Shown piece by piece: positions 9,231 to 25,052 of a DNA stretch of 33,575 bases. Under the pieces are notes generated by a model. That model was not told where the DNA came from and made no database searches. It saw only the letters and a list, made by a program, of their open reading frames with translations. Both the position numbers and the translations under genes were made by a program. Numbering within the stretch: the stretch's first letter is position 1; each line of letters begins with the position of its first letter. The DNA comes from Folioceros fuciformis (Eukaryota): positions 1 to 33,575 of the forward strand of contig JBNGIO010004408.1 of the NCBI GenBank assembly GCA_049999805.1. The letters are read 5' to 3'.

Positions 9231-11737
9231 AAATAGGGAGACCGGGGCCCCGCCGGCGGTGGCGAACGGGGCTGTCCTCAACACACGTCCGCCAAAAAGG
9301 AGAGGGGCTCGCCGGGCGCGCCCCGGTGAATCGCGGCCTCGCTCGCTCCCTCCCTCGTGCAGAGATAAGCGATGATTAGGCGCACAGCCATGCAGGCAGC
9401 AGGAGTCCAGGAGATAGAGCCGGAGCCGGAGCCGGAGCAGGAGGCGGAGCAGCAGGTGCAGCAGGGGAGATGCAGGGAACTGTGACACGCCTGGGAGTCG
9501 GGGGCTCTGATCAGGTTATGTGCGTGAGCATGGACGGACATTTTGGAGCGGTGTAGGCAGGCTTTGTGTGCGCGAGCACCGCCACTGCCACTGTCACTCT
9601 GCCACTCTCTGTCCGGCCTCGCACAAGTGAGAATGATCCTCTTTTCTTTTCTTTCCTCCCGTTCTCTTGCCTTGCGCACAGCACACACATTCCGCACTCC
9701 GCGCTTTTCCAACGCACCTCCAATCCATCCCCTCGCACTCACGCATACCCGCCCTCACGCATACAGTATGCATATCCCGCATGTGTGAAGGACGGAAGCC
9801 CGCGCTTAGCCGTCCCTCCTGCTGATATCAGCACGGGAGTCGGTCGCTGTTGCTCTTTCTTTGTTGAACAGGTCATTCATTCACTCATTCATTCACTCAT
9901 TCCTCCCTCCCTCCCTCGGCATCTCCATCCATCCTCCATCCAATTCCTTCCGCATACCACACTACATTTGCACACCATTCCCAGCAGCCAGCCAGCCAGC
10001 CAGCCAGCCATTGGAGCAAGCTTGGTTGACAGATAACTCCCCTCGCCTCCTCATTGCTCGCACCAGCCTGCTGCATCTCGTCGGTGGCCCGGCCCCAGCG
10101 ACGGAGACGGTAACGCCATGAGTCACCTGTCCCGCAACTGTAATTCCCTCCTGCACCCTGACGTGCTCTCAATCATGCATGCATGGGGTAATCACCTGCA
10201 TCCTCTGCTGCAACACGATCGTTCCTTGCACACCATAACATAAGGCGAGGCGTGCGAGATTAAATCCCCTCACATCACCAGCCCAGGGATCCGGAGCTCC
10301 ACCTTCAAGCCGCGGCAATGCCAATGCCGCCACACAACCGAAAGCCTGCCGCTCCTGGCGCTGTACGACCACGGCGCGTGAGAGACGGTACGGTCGTCCC
10401 ATTCCCTGCCCCTCCACTTTTGCCCTTCGCGCGTGCCCGCTGCGGATGACGCCCGGGAAGATAACTACCCGACTTCCGCCCCGGCTTACATACACGCCGG
10501 GCTGGGTCGGGTCGGGTGGGATCTGGGATCTGCGACCCGGGCCCAGACCGGGACCGGGACCGGGACACGACAAGTCCCACTACATGTATGTACATACACT
10601 CAGGGTCGTGGACGTGCATCCACGTTCCAGGCGTCCGTCCAAAAAGGCTTTCAATCCCCCGACGTGCCCACGTCGGGTGGGTTAAACTCCGCTACTTTAG
10701 CGGGCCGCCAAAATAGCCGGTGACTGCCTCCAATCTGACAGGCCACAGCCCGGTCTCGTCGTCTGGCTGTCATGACCGCCAGACACCTCCACCTTTTCCA
10801 CGCTACCTGCCAAGCTGCCGGTGCCCTACGAAGCCTAACCGCAGTTAAGGCGTAGTCCAGCGCTGTCAACTCCCGTCCCTTCCCTTCCCTCCCTTCCCGT
10901 CCCGTCCCGTCCCGTCCCGTGAGGTGGCTCCCACTTACGTCTCGGGCTCCGAACCTTCTGGACCCCCGGGCCTGTTGTTGGCGGCATGCGCACACCGAGA
11001 CGGACGCCAACGGAACGGCCCCCGAGAAACCCACCACTGCTTTTTTGTCGTCTCTTGTTCACACGAGTTAACTGAACTCCTTCCTACCTTTCTTTGCAGC
11101 TACCACTTCTTCTGTCTAGCATATTTAGCTCTGGCTAGATTTGTGGAGCTTGTGTCCAAGCTACGTCTATTGGGTTTGTAACTATTGAATTATTATTTTT
11201 TTCCGAATATTATTTATAGAAAGGAGGAGTGATATGGTCTAGCTAGGAAAGATAATAAAGAAAGAAGTAAAGAAATAAATAAAAATTGAACGTGTCCAAT
11301 AGCTAAGCTAACTCATGTGCACATGTTTCGAGATGAAGTTGATTCTTTTGAAGCAGGCAATATCCCAAGGGGGTGGAGTCCTTGTCTCGATATATGTGTT
11401 TGTGTGACGTGTAGATTATAGTGAAGATAGAGGAAGAGAGAAAAGATAGAGGAAGAGAGAAAAGGGCAGGGGAAGAGAAGGAGAAGAGAAGGGAAGGGAA
11501 TGGGTAAGGTAAGGTAAGGTAAGCTGGGCCAGCAATATTTGGAATGGCTAGAGTTATACGGCAGAAACCAAGGGGTGTAGAGGAAGAGGCGGTACAAAAG
11601 AAGAATAAACAAGGAAAGGAAAAAGGGTAGTGGGTACGGGGAAATTAAATAAGAGGGCGGCCGAGGCCGTGACGACTGAGGCGACGCGACGCCAGGCAGG
11701 GCGGGGCCCGTTCTGTGTGACCCCGTTCCGTCCCGTG

Positions 11738-11808
11738 GGGCCGGGACGGGCCGGGCCTGGCTGGGACGGGCTGGGACGGGGCCGGGGCCGGGGCCGGGGC
11801 CGGCCGGG
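11738..11808. repeat. GC-rich pentamer/hexamer repeat tract (GGGCC/GGGAC/GGGGCC)n in the intergenic region between divergent transcripts
   Basis: gggccgggacgggccgggcctggctgggacgggctgggacggggccggggccggggccggggccggccggg. Similar tracts occur at 10540-10567 and 10872-10920. Confidence 0.8.
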
Positions 11809-13309
11809 TAGGGGGAGTAAAGTGCGTGCAAGGAAATGGATTGCGTACCGTGTACAGAAGAAGATTAAAGGATGGATACGCATTAAACCGAGGGCGTAAC
11901 CGTGCACCGGCAATGAATGCCCGTTCCGTCATGCGCCTTACCGGGGTTACGGGGTGGGAGGCAGGTTACGTCTCTCTCTCTTCGTCTCATGCCTCGGCTC
12001 ATGGGGGTGACAGTCGAGAGACTGTGAGGTGAGGCGTGGAGAGGTGTCTTAGTTTTGCGTGAAAGAAGGCGCCCGCCCTGGGTTCCGGTTGGGTTGGGCT
12101 GGGCTGTGCTGGGCTGGCCTGCTGCTGCCCGCTTGCTTCCCTTTGCTCTCTCTTCTTCTCTTTGTCTTCTCTGCTCGCTCTGCTTCGCTCTGCTTCGCTC
12201 TGCTTCGCTCTGCGCTGCGCCCTGGGAGAGAGGCCGGCCTGCGACTGCGAGGCCAGGCTTCTTTCTCTTTGCCTGATGCGCGCACTGGCAGTATAGCGGT
12301 GGCAGTGGCAGTGGCGGCACACCCATTGCTCATCCCGCGATCTCGCCATCCTCGGGACGTGGCGCTTGGACGGATAGGAAGCGCCCAAGGCTAGAGGGCT
12401 TTGGCGCTCGCTGGCGCCTCCACTGTGACTCTGCCACTGTCCCGGCCCCCGCCTCCGCCTCCGCCTCCGCCTCCGTCCCTCTTGCTCTGCCTGCTTGCTT
12501 CTCTCTATTGTGCGGAATTCCGTTTAAGAGCTTCCTCTGGCAGGCCTGCCTTCGCTCCGCCCCGCAACTGCTTCGTCTTCTCCGCCTTCTACCGCTTCTC
12601 TTTCTCCTCCTCCTCCTCCGCTTCTGCTCCGCTGCCCGCACCTCCTTGCGGGGAAAGGATAGGATAGGAAAGGGCTGGGCTTTTCTTTCTCGTCCCCTGC
12701 TCTCTCAGATTCGGGTCTTAAGTCGGCTTGCTTGCGTTGCTGGCTTCTCTTGGTGCTGCAATTGTGCTTTTCTTGGGAGGGCGGGGTGGTGGTGTGTGCC
12801 GGAGCCTGATCCGTGCTAGGTGCCTTGTTCCATCTCCCTGTTACGCCACAGGTGGGGAGGTGGCGTTTGGTCGGGTCGGGTCTGGTCTGGTCTTGTGTGG
12901 TAGGGGAGCTCGCTCTTGGGGCTCTGGGTCGTTTCTGGCCCTCGGTGCGCAATTTGGCGCGTTGAGGTGAGTGCTTTTCTCTTCTCCGACTCCGGTCTTG
13001 GTGTAGAGTGGAGTGACGGGGGCCTGGATGCCGGCCGCTTCCAAAATTCTTGGAGGTGGATGTTGCATGTGGCGGTTTGGGAACCCGATCTGCGGCCACT
13101 TGTCAGCGCAATTGGGGCCTTGGAGGAGGAGTGTTGGTGCGTGCTGCTGATGCGGCTGTGTTTGAGTGTACCTTGGTTTGAGGATTGAGGTGGCGGGTAT
13201 CTTTGACGCCGGATAGAGGATAATGCAGTGACGGTCGAGGGGGTGGAAGGATAGGAGTTGCCATCTCGAGTAATTGCACGTCAGGTTTGAGAGGCTTGGG
13301 GCTGCTTGC

Positions 13310-14409
13310 ATGGGGAGAACGGGACCCGTAGCAGCAGGAGCGTACTCCATCCTTGATCAGGATCCGGGCGTGAGTACCATTGCTAAGACCATCGGCCGTC
13401 GTTGGTTCATGGACAAGACTGACGCAGACAAGTCGGCAAGCGCAACCGCTGCGTCCGACGTTGGAGCGTTTCATGGAAGAGAATCATCTCAGACGATGAA
13501 GCCATCTAGGACCGCCGTGCCGCAATGGCCGCCTCAGCTCGTTGATGCCGTGCAGAATCATTTGGCGCTGCTCTTTTCCCAGAATGCAGGCGGTTCGGAG
13601 AGCAGCAGCCTGTCGAGTGAAGAGGACAGCATCACCTCGAGCGAGTGCTCGGTGGAGAGTGCCACGGATATGCTCCGCCTACAGGAGCAGATGGGTGAAT
13701 CGGAGCTCTCCGGTTGCAGCTCCAGCTGCTTGTCTGAGTCCGGAGACGATGTGCGTGAGGAGATTGGGGATGAGTGCAGACCGGATGATGAGGCAAGCAA
13801 GGGTATGGATGTCCAGCCGCTCAAAGCGAACAGAGAAAGATCGGACGGATTCCTCGCCACTCGTGATCTGAACGCGGCATTATCTGCTGCCATTCTAGAA
13901 GGGATTCGGGCTAGGGATTACACCTCCCTGAAGGTCGACCGTCATAAAAGGAAAGGCAGCCCTGTTACTCCTTATCATGGATGGATGGAGCGAATGACGT
14001 ACTGGCGGAGCCGTTCCGACGACGAATGGATTGGCGCAGGACCTCAGATTGAACTGGATTCGCGGCCCTTGCCTTGTGGCTGGGAACAAATTTTGAACCT
14101 CAAGGTAAGAAGTCTATTGCCCAGTGTACAGCCCTCGGATGAATTGTGCTTCGGTCTTTCCGTTCAGAGCTCTAGCATGTTGTAGGATTTGTACTTGTGA
14201 GCGTATGCATGAAAGAATCTCATGTTGTCTTGTCTTGGACCCTAATTTTGCAGACGGGAAAGATCTTTTATGAGAATGAGGAGACATGTGAGCGCACTAG
14301 TGCAGACCCTCGCAAGCGCATGCGGATGGATGACCGTCTCCGCGGACCAGCTTGTGAGCGTCAACAGGAGGACTCAATTTCCGACACAACGGTTGAGGGT
14401 AGTTCTTAG
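13310..14409 (+). CDS. WW-domain protein, CURLY FLAG LEAF 1 (CFL1)-like, ~316 aa
   Basis: Exons 13310-14104 and 14254-14409; intron AAG|GTAAGA...TTTTGCAG|ACG, phase 0. The spliced junction reads IELDSRPLPCGWEQILNLK|TGKIFYENEETCERTSADPR, matching the plant CFL1-type WW motif (LPxxWEqxLdLktGxiyyxn...xdPr). The N-terminal region is Ser/Glu-rich. A probable 5'UTR intron lies at 12967-13284 (GAG|GTGAGT...GTCAG). The start codon and the last exon are less certain. Confidence 0.8.
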
Positions 14410-15282
14410 ATAGTCTAGCTCCAATTTATCGCGAGAGTGTAGGGCTTTGGAACGCGGACGGATTGTTGTTATCTTCATCTTTTGTTCTTGCCCTATCACC
14501 CTTCTGTGGCCTCGTTGGAGGCAGAAACTCCATCAATTTCTGTAAACAACTCTCAATACCCTTCCTTACATTCAGCAAGTCGTCTGCTCTATTGGTTAAA
14601 TAGTTCTAGACTCGGAAAGTTACAAAGCACGCTCGCGCTCTGCTCGCGGAAGTTGAGCTTGCTGTGCCTATGCGCAAATAGAACCGTATATCATAATCAA
14701 AACTTCGTGCATATCAATTTTTTTGCAGGGAAGCAATCGACGATACGAAGAAAAACTCATATTACAAGGACGGCTGGAGAATCACCTCCCTTCCCACAAT
14801 TGACCACACCTCTTCGACAAAATACTTCGCTACCACTACAAGGATAAAACGTTCCACAACTGCATGTTAACCATGCTCCTCGCTTATCTCGAGCGAAGTG
14901 GAGACTGACTAAGTCTGGCAAAAGACTTGGCTGAGCTCCCTAAATTTACACGCTACTTGAAGACAGGATGCAACCACTAAGCTCGGAGAAAGTACGATCA
15001 TACCACTGTCCACTACTGGGTGAGACATCATAAATAGCAGCAAACACTCAAATTGATGTCCTGACGTCATGCAGATAGCAGTCGATCGGAATTAGCTTTA
15101 CTCTTTGGACAGCTCAATCGGACTTCGGTCACAACGGAATGATGCCACACTGCTCACATTCAGGAAACAGAAAACAGTGACTGGCGCCAGGAGATGGGCA
15201 CCTTCAACTTGCTGGCTGCAAGTTCCGAACACCAGACAATTTGGTTTCTCCAGTATGAAGAATTGAGAGTCATGATGTATTC

Positions 15283-18174
<2,892 letters not shown>

Positions 18175-19920
18175 GTCTCCTGCCGCCCTATTCTGGCGCT
18201 GCCAGCAGATCCAATACCCAAGCACCCGGATCGGCCACAAATGTGGCGGGGGATCTACAGAACCCTAGCCTGCTGCTCCCGGTGCGATCTGCAGTCCGTG
18301 GCCGGCAATGCGCCAGGCGATGGCGCAGCTGGATCCGTCAAAGAAGGGTTTGAAGGAACCAGCCTGTGGTAGTGCAGCACGCTGTATGATCGTAGCTGCT
18401 GAAGTTCCCAGGCCTGGCGTCGGCCAGTCCGGCGTGGCTCGCCTGCCTGGGCTGCCTGCCCTGGGAGAGGGTGTTGAAGTTGAAAGGAAAGAGCTGATCG
18501 GTAGGCCGGACCAGACCAAGTAAGGCTTGTGTAGCCGTCCACTTTTTCCCCTACTAGGACAAACGACCCGACCAAATCCCTCCCTCTTTCCCCGTTCCAG
18601 CTAACTACGCATTTAGCTTACCTTACTCGTATCACGTTCAATTAACGTCAATTCAAAACCATGCCTACACTAATATGTGGTCAGTACAATGATTATATTA
18701 TATTTTTAAAATTTTTAGTTATTTTTTTATTATTGGAAAAGAGATAAAAAATTCCATCTATTCCAAAAATTGAAGGAACAATTCAAAAGGCCAAAGACCA
18801 AGGGGGTACTTAGTCCATCAAACATTATTCTCAAAAGCTCCTAAAATATTATGATGTTGAATAATAAAAAGTCTACTATCATTTATTCAGAGATTTCGTT
18901 ATCTCTTGATAGCTAGATTTAGGATATGTGTAAATAAAAACAATGAGCAACATTTAATTGTGCATGGAGAAGGGCTCATTCTATGATATAATTGAGCAAG
19001 TAGTAGCTCATTTAGGATGTATGAAAGTCGTAGCTTATTTTAGGGCATGTATAACTAGCTATATGACTCACTTAACATGTATTAGCAATCATGTTGATAT
19101 ACAAGTATTCAAAATTTAATAATTAATAATAAATATACATATAGAAATAAGATTCTTTTCACTAGTTTGAAGTAACCATTAGACCTAGTGCATGCTATAC
19201 TACATGTAGTTATTTTATTACAAATATTTTTATTTAAATAATATTTTTTTATTACTTTTAACACAGAAATATTTAGGATTTCAGATGCTTGTAACCACAT
19301 AAGTTAGTTGAATAGCCCAAGGTAACAAACCAATTATTATAAAAAAAATATTATAAAGGATAACATCAACATTTATTCAAGACCCATAGTCGTAGATTAA
19401 TTATTGACCCATTTGCATTTAGTTTCATCCTAAGGGTCCATTTAGAACTCAGTAGTCTTTTTTTGTTCTTTAGTGAGATAGTTAGTGTCCAAGTTTTATT
19501 AGCGTTTAGTTTTTTTAGTTTTTCATGCCTGTGTGTTACTTCACGACGTCCTAGATCCTGTCGATCACCATAAACACTAATTGAATCTAGTTTAATAGCT
19601 TTAGAATGTCAGGTCCCACTGACATTCTGAAGATGAGAAGACTCCCACAAGCCTCACCCAGAGGAGAGGGTGCGTAGGACAGTAAGGTGGGCTTGACGCA
19701 TCTGCTGAGGGCAATTGAACCCTAGAAAATTGGAAAGCCTGATGGTGGGCTAGATAAAACCAGGGCTTTAGATCCAAGCTACTGCGATAGTCGTACCACA
19801 ACAAAACAAACCAAGGAAGGAAGGCTGCACCAGGCCAATGAATTACGAATGTCCCAATACTTTTCAGGGGAGGGCCATCTCTTCACATCACTCACTCGTG
19901 GAGTTCGACAATCTTTCAGT

Positions 19921-20031
19921 TCATCAACGTGTCGTTCTATCAAGCTTGCTCCATCAATGTGTCGTTCTATCGAGCTCCATCAATGTGTCGTTCTGTCGAG
20001 CTCATCAATGGGTCATTTTATCGAGTTGCTC
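19921..20031. repeat. ~25-30 bp tandem repeat (4 copies) overlapping the PGM stop codon and 3'UTR
   Basis: Unit approximately gctc(c)atcaatgtgtcgttctatcga. The rightmost copy is the coding end (minus strand CTCGATAAAATGACCCATTGATGAG). Confidence 0.9.
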
Positions 20032-21752
20032 CCTGTAGGCAGCTAAGTCCTGCAAGACAGCAAAGAAAAAACAGCAAGACAGTCGATTTCAGCAACCCCT
20101 GCACCTCGTGGGAGGCCCGCTTTACAGACAAAAAGATGAGGCGTGAACAAAGATGAGCTTACGTGAGTCAGAGCGTACACCCCAGTTGCATCAGGACCTA
20201 TGGGACTTCCCCGCCTCAAGTAATTACCGTGTCTAAAAATATAAAGCATCGGAATTCCAGTTGACAGCTCCAAATCGATAACCTACGATCAAATGAGTAC
20301 ACTTGTGAACTTTGAGATTCAGCACAATTAGCCTTCACACGACCCCGTAGCTCAAGTAACAAGTCCCGTCAGCCAAAGTTGTGGTTCGTAGAACACTGGG
20401 ACCTACCTCCTGCGAGGTGAGTTTATCCAAGTACATGATTATAGATCTCAGCGAGTTCCCATGAGCGGCTATCAGTATGTTCTTCCCCTCCTTAAGCTCA
20501 GGTTCAATCTGCAGAGAGAGTGGACAAACAAAGCATCAGACACACAGCACTGCACTTCTTGCTTGAAGAGGAGGTGGAGAGAAGGGCAATTCAACTTGAA
20601 GAAGTGAGAAGGTAGACGACCTCTGCTTTGAAGTATGCAACAGCACGTGCAGCGCATAACTCCAAGCTTTCACCATTTGGAGGAGGGATGTCATAGCTGC
20701 GACGCCACTCCTGGACCTTGTCTCGTCCATACTTGTCTGCAGTCTCCTTCTTGTTCAGGCCCTGCAGCTCGCCATACCTGCGTCCCCTCCACACAGGTTG
20801 AATTCAAGACACAGCGAAAGAAGTGCCCTGTCTTGAACCAGATCATGAAGCCCTCCTTGAGCCTACACTTACATGCGCTCATTAAGCTCCCAGGCTGTTA
20901 CAACAGGGATAGATTGTTGCTCAGTTTCGGCACTGTGAATCTTGCTCCAAGATTTTTCCCTTTCACTTCCCGTGTGCAAAATGACAGGCACCTACATGAA
21001 ATGAAGCACGAGTCAAAAACCCCCTGCTTCCATAAAGCATCTTGCAAAGACTACTAGTAGGCACAGACCAAGACAAACACACAGTCTTCAAATGCAGCAT
21101 GAGAAAATTCACCTTCTTCCTGCGATGCTGCGTCATGGCCAGCATCGCTGTCATCTGAGCCCGAATCAAGGCCGATGTGAAAATGACATCAACAGGGATG
21201 TCACAAATCCTCTTCCCAGCCTCGATAGCCTCTTCCACTCCCTGTTTGGAGAGAGGAACATCCACACAACCAGTAAAGAGGTTCTTCTGATTCCAGAGGG
21301 ACTCTCCATGCCTGATGAGTATGAGCGCGGCGTCAGCTGCACAAATTAGACAACACCCATGCGCGGTGAGCCTCCCGAACCAGCAAACGCCGCCCGGAGA
21401 CTAAACCTACAAGAAAAACACAAATTTATACTGCCTTACTCGGCGTGGCGCCAGTCGCCGAGCTGCCATGTGCAGAGCTAGTCGCCGCGTCCGTGGACGG
21501 AACCCCGTTTGGTGCAGTCGACACACAGGAGATAGCAATCCTCCTTACTCTACCAGCAGAATTGACCTTCTTAAGGTGCGCCTTGAAAACGGCGCTCCCA
21601 CACACGCCTCCACGCCGCACGCCCGAAAAAGACGCCCTAGAGGAGGCGGAGGCGTAGTCCGTGCTCGTCCTGCTCCCTCCTCCAGCATGCGCAATGATCT
21701 CAGACGACGACAAGGAAACATATTGCGCGGGGCAGAACGCCTTAGCAGCCAT
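20005..21752 (-). CDS. gpmA: 2,3-bisphosphoglycerate-dependent phosphoglycerate mutase (histidine phosphatase family), probably plastid-targeted, 359 aa
   Basis: 7 exons: 21752-21440, 21336-21113, 20991-20873, 20777-20621, 20508-20407, 20282-20163, 20049-20005; total 1080 nt in frame. Motifs [46 protein letters not shown] and LSTGIP. The Ser/Ala/Arg-rich N-terminus resembles a transit peptide. Confidence 0.96.
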
Positions 21753-23210
21753 GACGACGCGCCTGCAAGCGCATCACAATCGCACTCCTCGAGCTAAGCT
21801 TACAACCACCTCACAGTCTCCTCATCCACCAAATCCCGCCATTCCCCCACCTCCTCCCTTCCAATTCAAGCACAACACACGCGAATCCACCAACCCAGCA
21901 GCTTGCTTTCGCACATGCAGAAATCCCCGGCCTCAGCGCGCTCACCAAATCTCACCTTCCAAATCCCGGAGCCTCCCAACGACGCACAGACCAGGCAACA
22001 AATCCAATTCACAGCCAAAACGAGCCGCAAAACAGCTCCGATCCGCCTGGCCTGGCCCGGCCTGGCCTCGTGCCACAGTTCACTTCCCTTCCCTGCCCTT
22101 CCCTTCCTCGCCACCCCGGCGCTGCTGCCGGCAGAAAGAGGCGCGCAGAAGCGGGGGGAATGGCAGGTTCTGATACACTAGAGCGCAAGTTGCAAGCAGC
22201 TCATATGATACAAAGGCGCGACAGGCCACAGTATGATATATGGCCCGCCTCGGTCGAGTGTCGGGTGCCGGGTATAGCAACTGGTGAAAAGCTGTATGCC
22301 TGGCTTGCATCGACCCTTTACGGAAAATCTCAGGGAGCCGGGGGACCGGCAGCGTATCGACCGAGGGCGGGTGAACAAACCGGCTGGCTCTCACGTGACG
22401 GTTCAGCGGGTGACCGGGAAACTTCCAAGTGGCCCAGGTTGTCGTGTCTGCATGTGGACTCGCCCGGCGCAAACCGGAACCTGTTTAAGCAGCAAAGCAT
22501 ATTCGAGGCCCTGATGAGGCCTGACGGGAGGCTCTCTTCAGGGCCAGGGGGGGCCGCAAACGGAATCGTATTGGGGGGGAACCCGGGCCTTGATGCGGGC
22601 GGCCCGTGTGGGGCCGCCACAAAGGGGCTGGCTGGTTGGCTGGCTGGCTGGCTGGCTGGCTTCTTGGTCGGACTGCCCGACCCGACCCGACCCGGCCCGA
22701 CCCAACGTCCCGTCCCCATCGCCCCGCCCGTTACGTCGTACCCGGTCTCCTTCCCCGTCGGTGAATCCCCCGGGTCTCGGCCACCGCTCGTGGATTGCAT
22801 GATTGGCCGCCGCGAACCGGTCTTCCCTGCTCTCTACTTCGTACCCACCTTCATGTCGTACTGCCCGTTAGCCTCCTCGCAGTTGCCTCCGTCCGTTAAA
22901 TATGCATCAATTGAATATTTGTATTATTATTCTATTTAACTAACTATTCATTATCGTCATATAATTTATTTTGGATAAGATAACTCTTATAAGAGGAATA
23001 TTATATCAGTTAATAATATGCCAAACCAATAGATGCGACATCATGTACAAGTGAAGGACAAAATAAAGATGTGTGTGCTATGATTGCTTAGAAGATTCTT
23101 TTATAGATGAACCATTTTTCAGAATTTCGTAAAAGGGTTTTCATTGCTCTAACGCTGCTTTTCGGCATAGGGCTTCCATTGCTCTAGCATTGTTTAATGA
23201 ATGATTTTTT

Positions 23211-23263
23211 GGGTTTAGGGTTTAGGATTTAGGGTTTTAATCCTAGGTTTTAGCTAGGGTTTT
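23211..23263. repeat. Short interstitial plant telomere-like repeat (TTTAGGG)n
   Basis: gggtttagggtttaggatttagggttttaatcctaggttttagctagggtttt. Confidence 0.7.
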
Positions 23264-24491
23264 ACCAATATTGGCTAATGAACCATTTTTTTTGGCAGAG
23301 GGTTTTTTTGCTCTAGCATTGGCTAATACCAATAATTCATAATACTTTTTATTCTATTAAGTTATAAATAATAATATAAAATATTTACGCTGTATTGTAC
23401 GGCTCAAGCTAAGAGCAGCGGCAAGAGGTGGTGTTGTGGCAATTCCGGATTCTATGCCAGTCCGTGCAGAATCGATCTACGTACTCTGCTACGAAGGCAA
23501 CATGAGCACGAAACAGACTTGCGATTGGCCAACAAGGCATGCAGGGTTGCGAATGGCCTGGTGTTTCCGTCTGACGATGTTTCGGTGTTCGGTCACAAAG
23601 TGTGTGGAGCCCGCGTGCGGTAGAAGCTCCAGTAGATTGCCAAGCATTCACGAACGAGTCCGCCCCGGGTACTTTGCTCGGTCGGGCGGGTACACTCTCG
23701 GTGAGGTCGTTGGAAAGCAAAAGGGGAAGTGTGGCAACCTAGGTTAATCACGATCTACCAATCAAATACTTAGTAAGGACAAGAAAGACAAAAGGTTCGC
23801 ATGTTAAAAGACTGTCCGAGTCTTCGGTGTGTGTGGACCCCGAAGCACCCAAGACTGGCTGGCGCATTATGGCTGGAGGCATTAATAGCGACGCTAAGGG
23901 ACGCCCTTATGCCCTCGAGTGATGAGCCAACCTCGCAGATAGTACTTGGAAAATGGCAAACCAACCTTAAGCACTTGAACAATGGGAGATTAGGTTAGCG
24001 GACCCAGGAAGGCTAGCCAGGGACTGGTGGATACATTTCCGGGGACGGTCGAAACTGAGAAAACCGTACTTTTCAAACGCAACTCACGCGCTGTCTGCAT
24101 GCAGAGATATGGCCGTGATATGGTGCTCATAGCATAACATATCATAACATAGCAAATGCTCAAGCCGTGAGCCCCCTTTCGTATCCTCCAGGCCTGCGAG
24201 ACTCACACCATCCCAGCAACTTCCGAATGGAATTGGAGGCAGAAGGAACGATTTCTTGTATGGAGTAGCCAGCTTGTCGACATTATTGTTCGAACCGGAG
24301 GGGCCCTTGGAAACGGGAAGTCGTGGGGACGGACGCCCTACTCGTTTCGCCTGTTGTCCCACCAAAATCTGATCATCAAAGTAGGTCCACAGGAAACAGC
24401 AACTTATGGAAATTGAAAAGGAGGCAAATCCGGCTAGCGATCTGCATTGCTTGTCGTTATTCAAGACATACCGTTGCATCCGTGGTGAAAA

Positions 24492-25052
24492 TCAGTTGAC
24501 ATCTGAGGCTTTGAGGCCCAAGGACAAGACCTCAACGTAGAGCGCCACATTGCTAACCATTGTTAAAAATGAGGAAGCAGCTCCGGCACTGAAAAATCCC
24601 CCCGCCAACTCCTTACAATGGCCATTTCCAGGGTAGAATGATCTATTCGTCTGCACAGCGTTCATAACAGAGGCAACAAGCAAAACAAACTCGGAGAAAG
24701 TAAAGGAAAGCCACACCAAGGCCAAGAAAAGATAGGGGAGCTCCCTACTGAGCTTATCATGTGAAGCGCCTGGGTGGGGAAACCCATAGAAAAAGGATTT
24801 CGTCGCAGTTATGACCGCAAGGTGGCCGAAAAGGAGGCAAATCATCGCTCCAACCCCGAAGCCCGACGCATTAGTGCTGGTGTATTTGCAATACATAATA
24901 TGTGCGTCCGGCCGATAGTGAGTCGTATCTTCCCTCAACACAGGCTTGCTTCGGTTCACTTCGCCAGCTATCGCAAGTCCAAATGCGATCAAGTCCACCA
25001 CAGCTACAAGCAGGATAACCATCCATGCATATGGCGGTATTCGCACTGCCAT
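24492..25052 (-). CDS. DUF1218-family membrane protein (MWL/Fb34-like), copy 1, 186 aa, intronless CDS
   Basis: N-terminal hydrophobic helix ending in DLIAFGLAIAGEVNRSK, then YCKY..ASGFG.GA, further TM segments, and C-terminal CKELAGGFFSAGA, the typical DUF1218 pattern. Confidence 0.88.
   Translation of the reverse strand: MAVRIPPYAWMVILLVAVVDLIAFGLAIAGEVNRSKPVLREDTTHYRPDAHIMYCKYTSTNASGFGVGAMICLLFGHLAVITATKSFFYGFPHPGASHDKLSRELPYLFLALVWLSFTFSEFVLLVASVMNAVQTNRSFYPGNGHCKELAGGFFSAGAASSFLTMVSNVALYVEVLSLGLKASDVN

Noticed and set aside
9500-13270. Numerous overlapping 60-190 aa ORFs on both strands
   Set aside because: GC-rich, low-complexity promoter/UTR sequence with few stop codons and no recognisable domains.
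19921-20031. Short regular repeats as a possible CRISPR array
   Set aside because: Eukaryotic context, no unique spacers, and the units derive from the PGM coding end.
21407-21439. Acceptor-like TTCTTGTAG suggesting an extra PGM exon
   Set aside because: It would need a 33-nt intron. Direct splicing from 21440 to 21336 is already in frame.
22070-22939. 289-aa plus-strand ORF
   Set aside because: Non-ATG start, repeat-derived segments (LAGW, PDPTR), located in the GC-rich PGM promoter, and no homology recognised.
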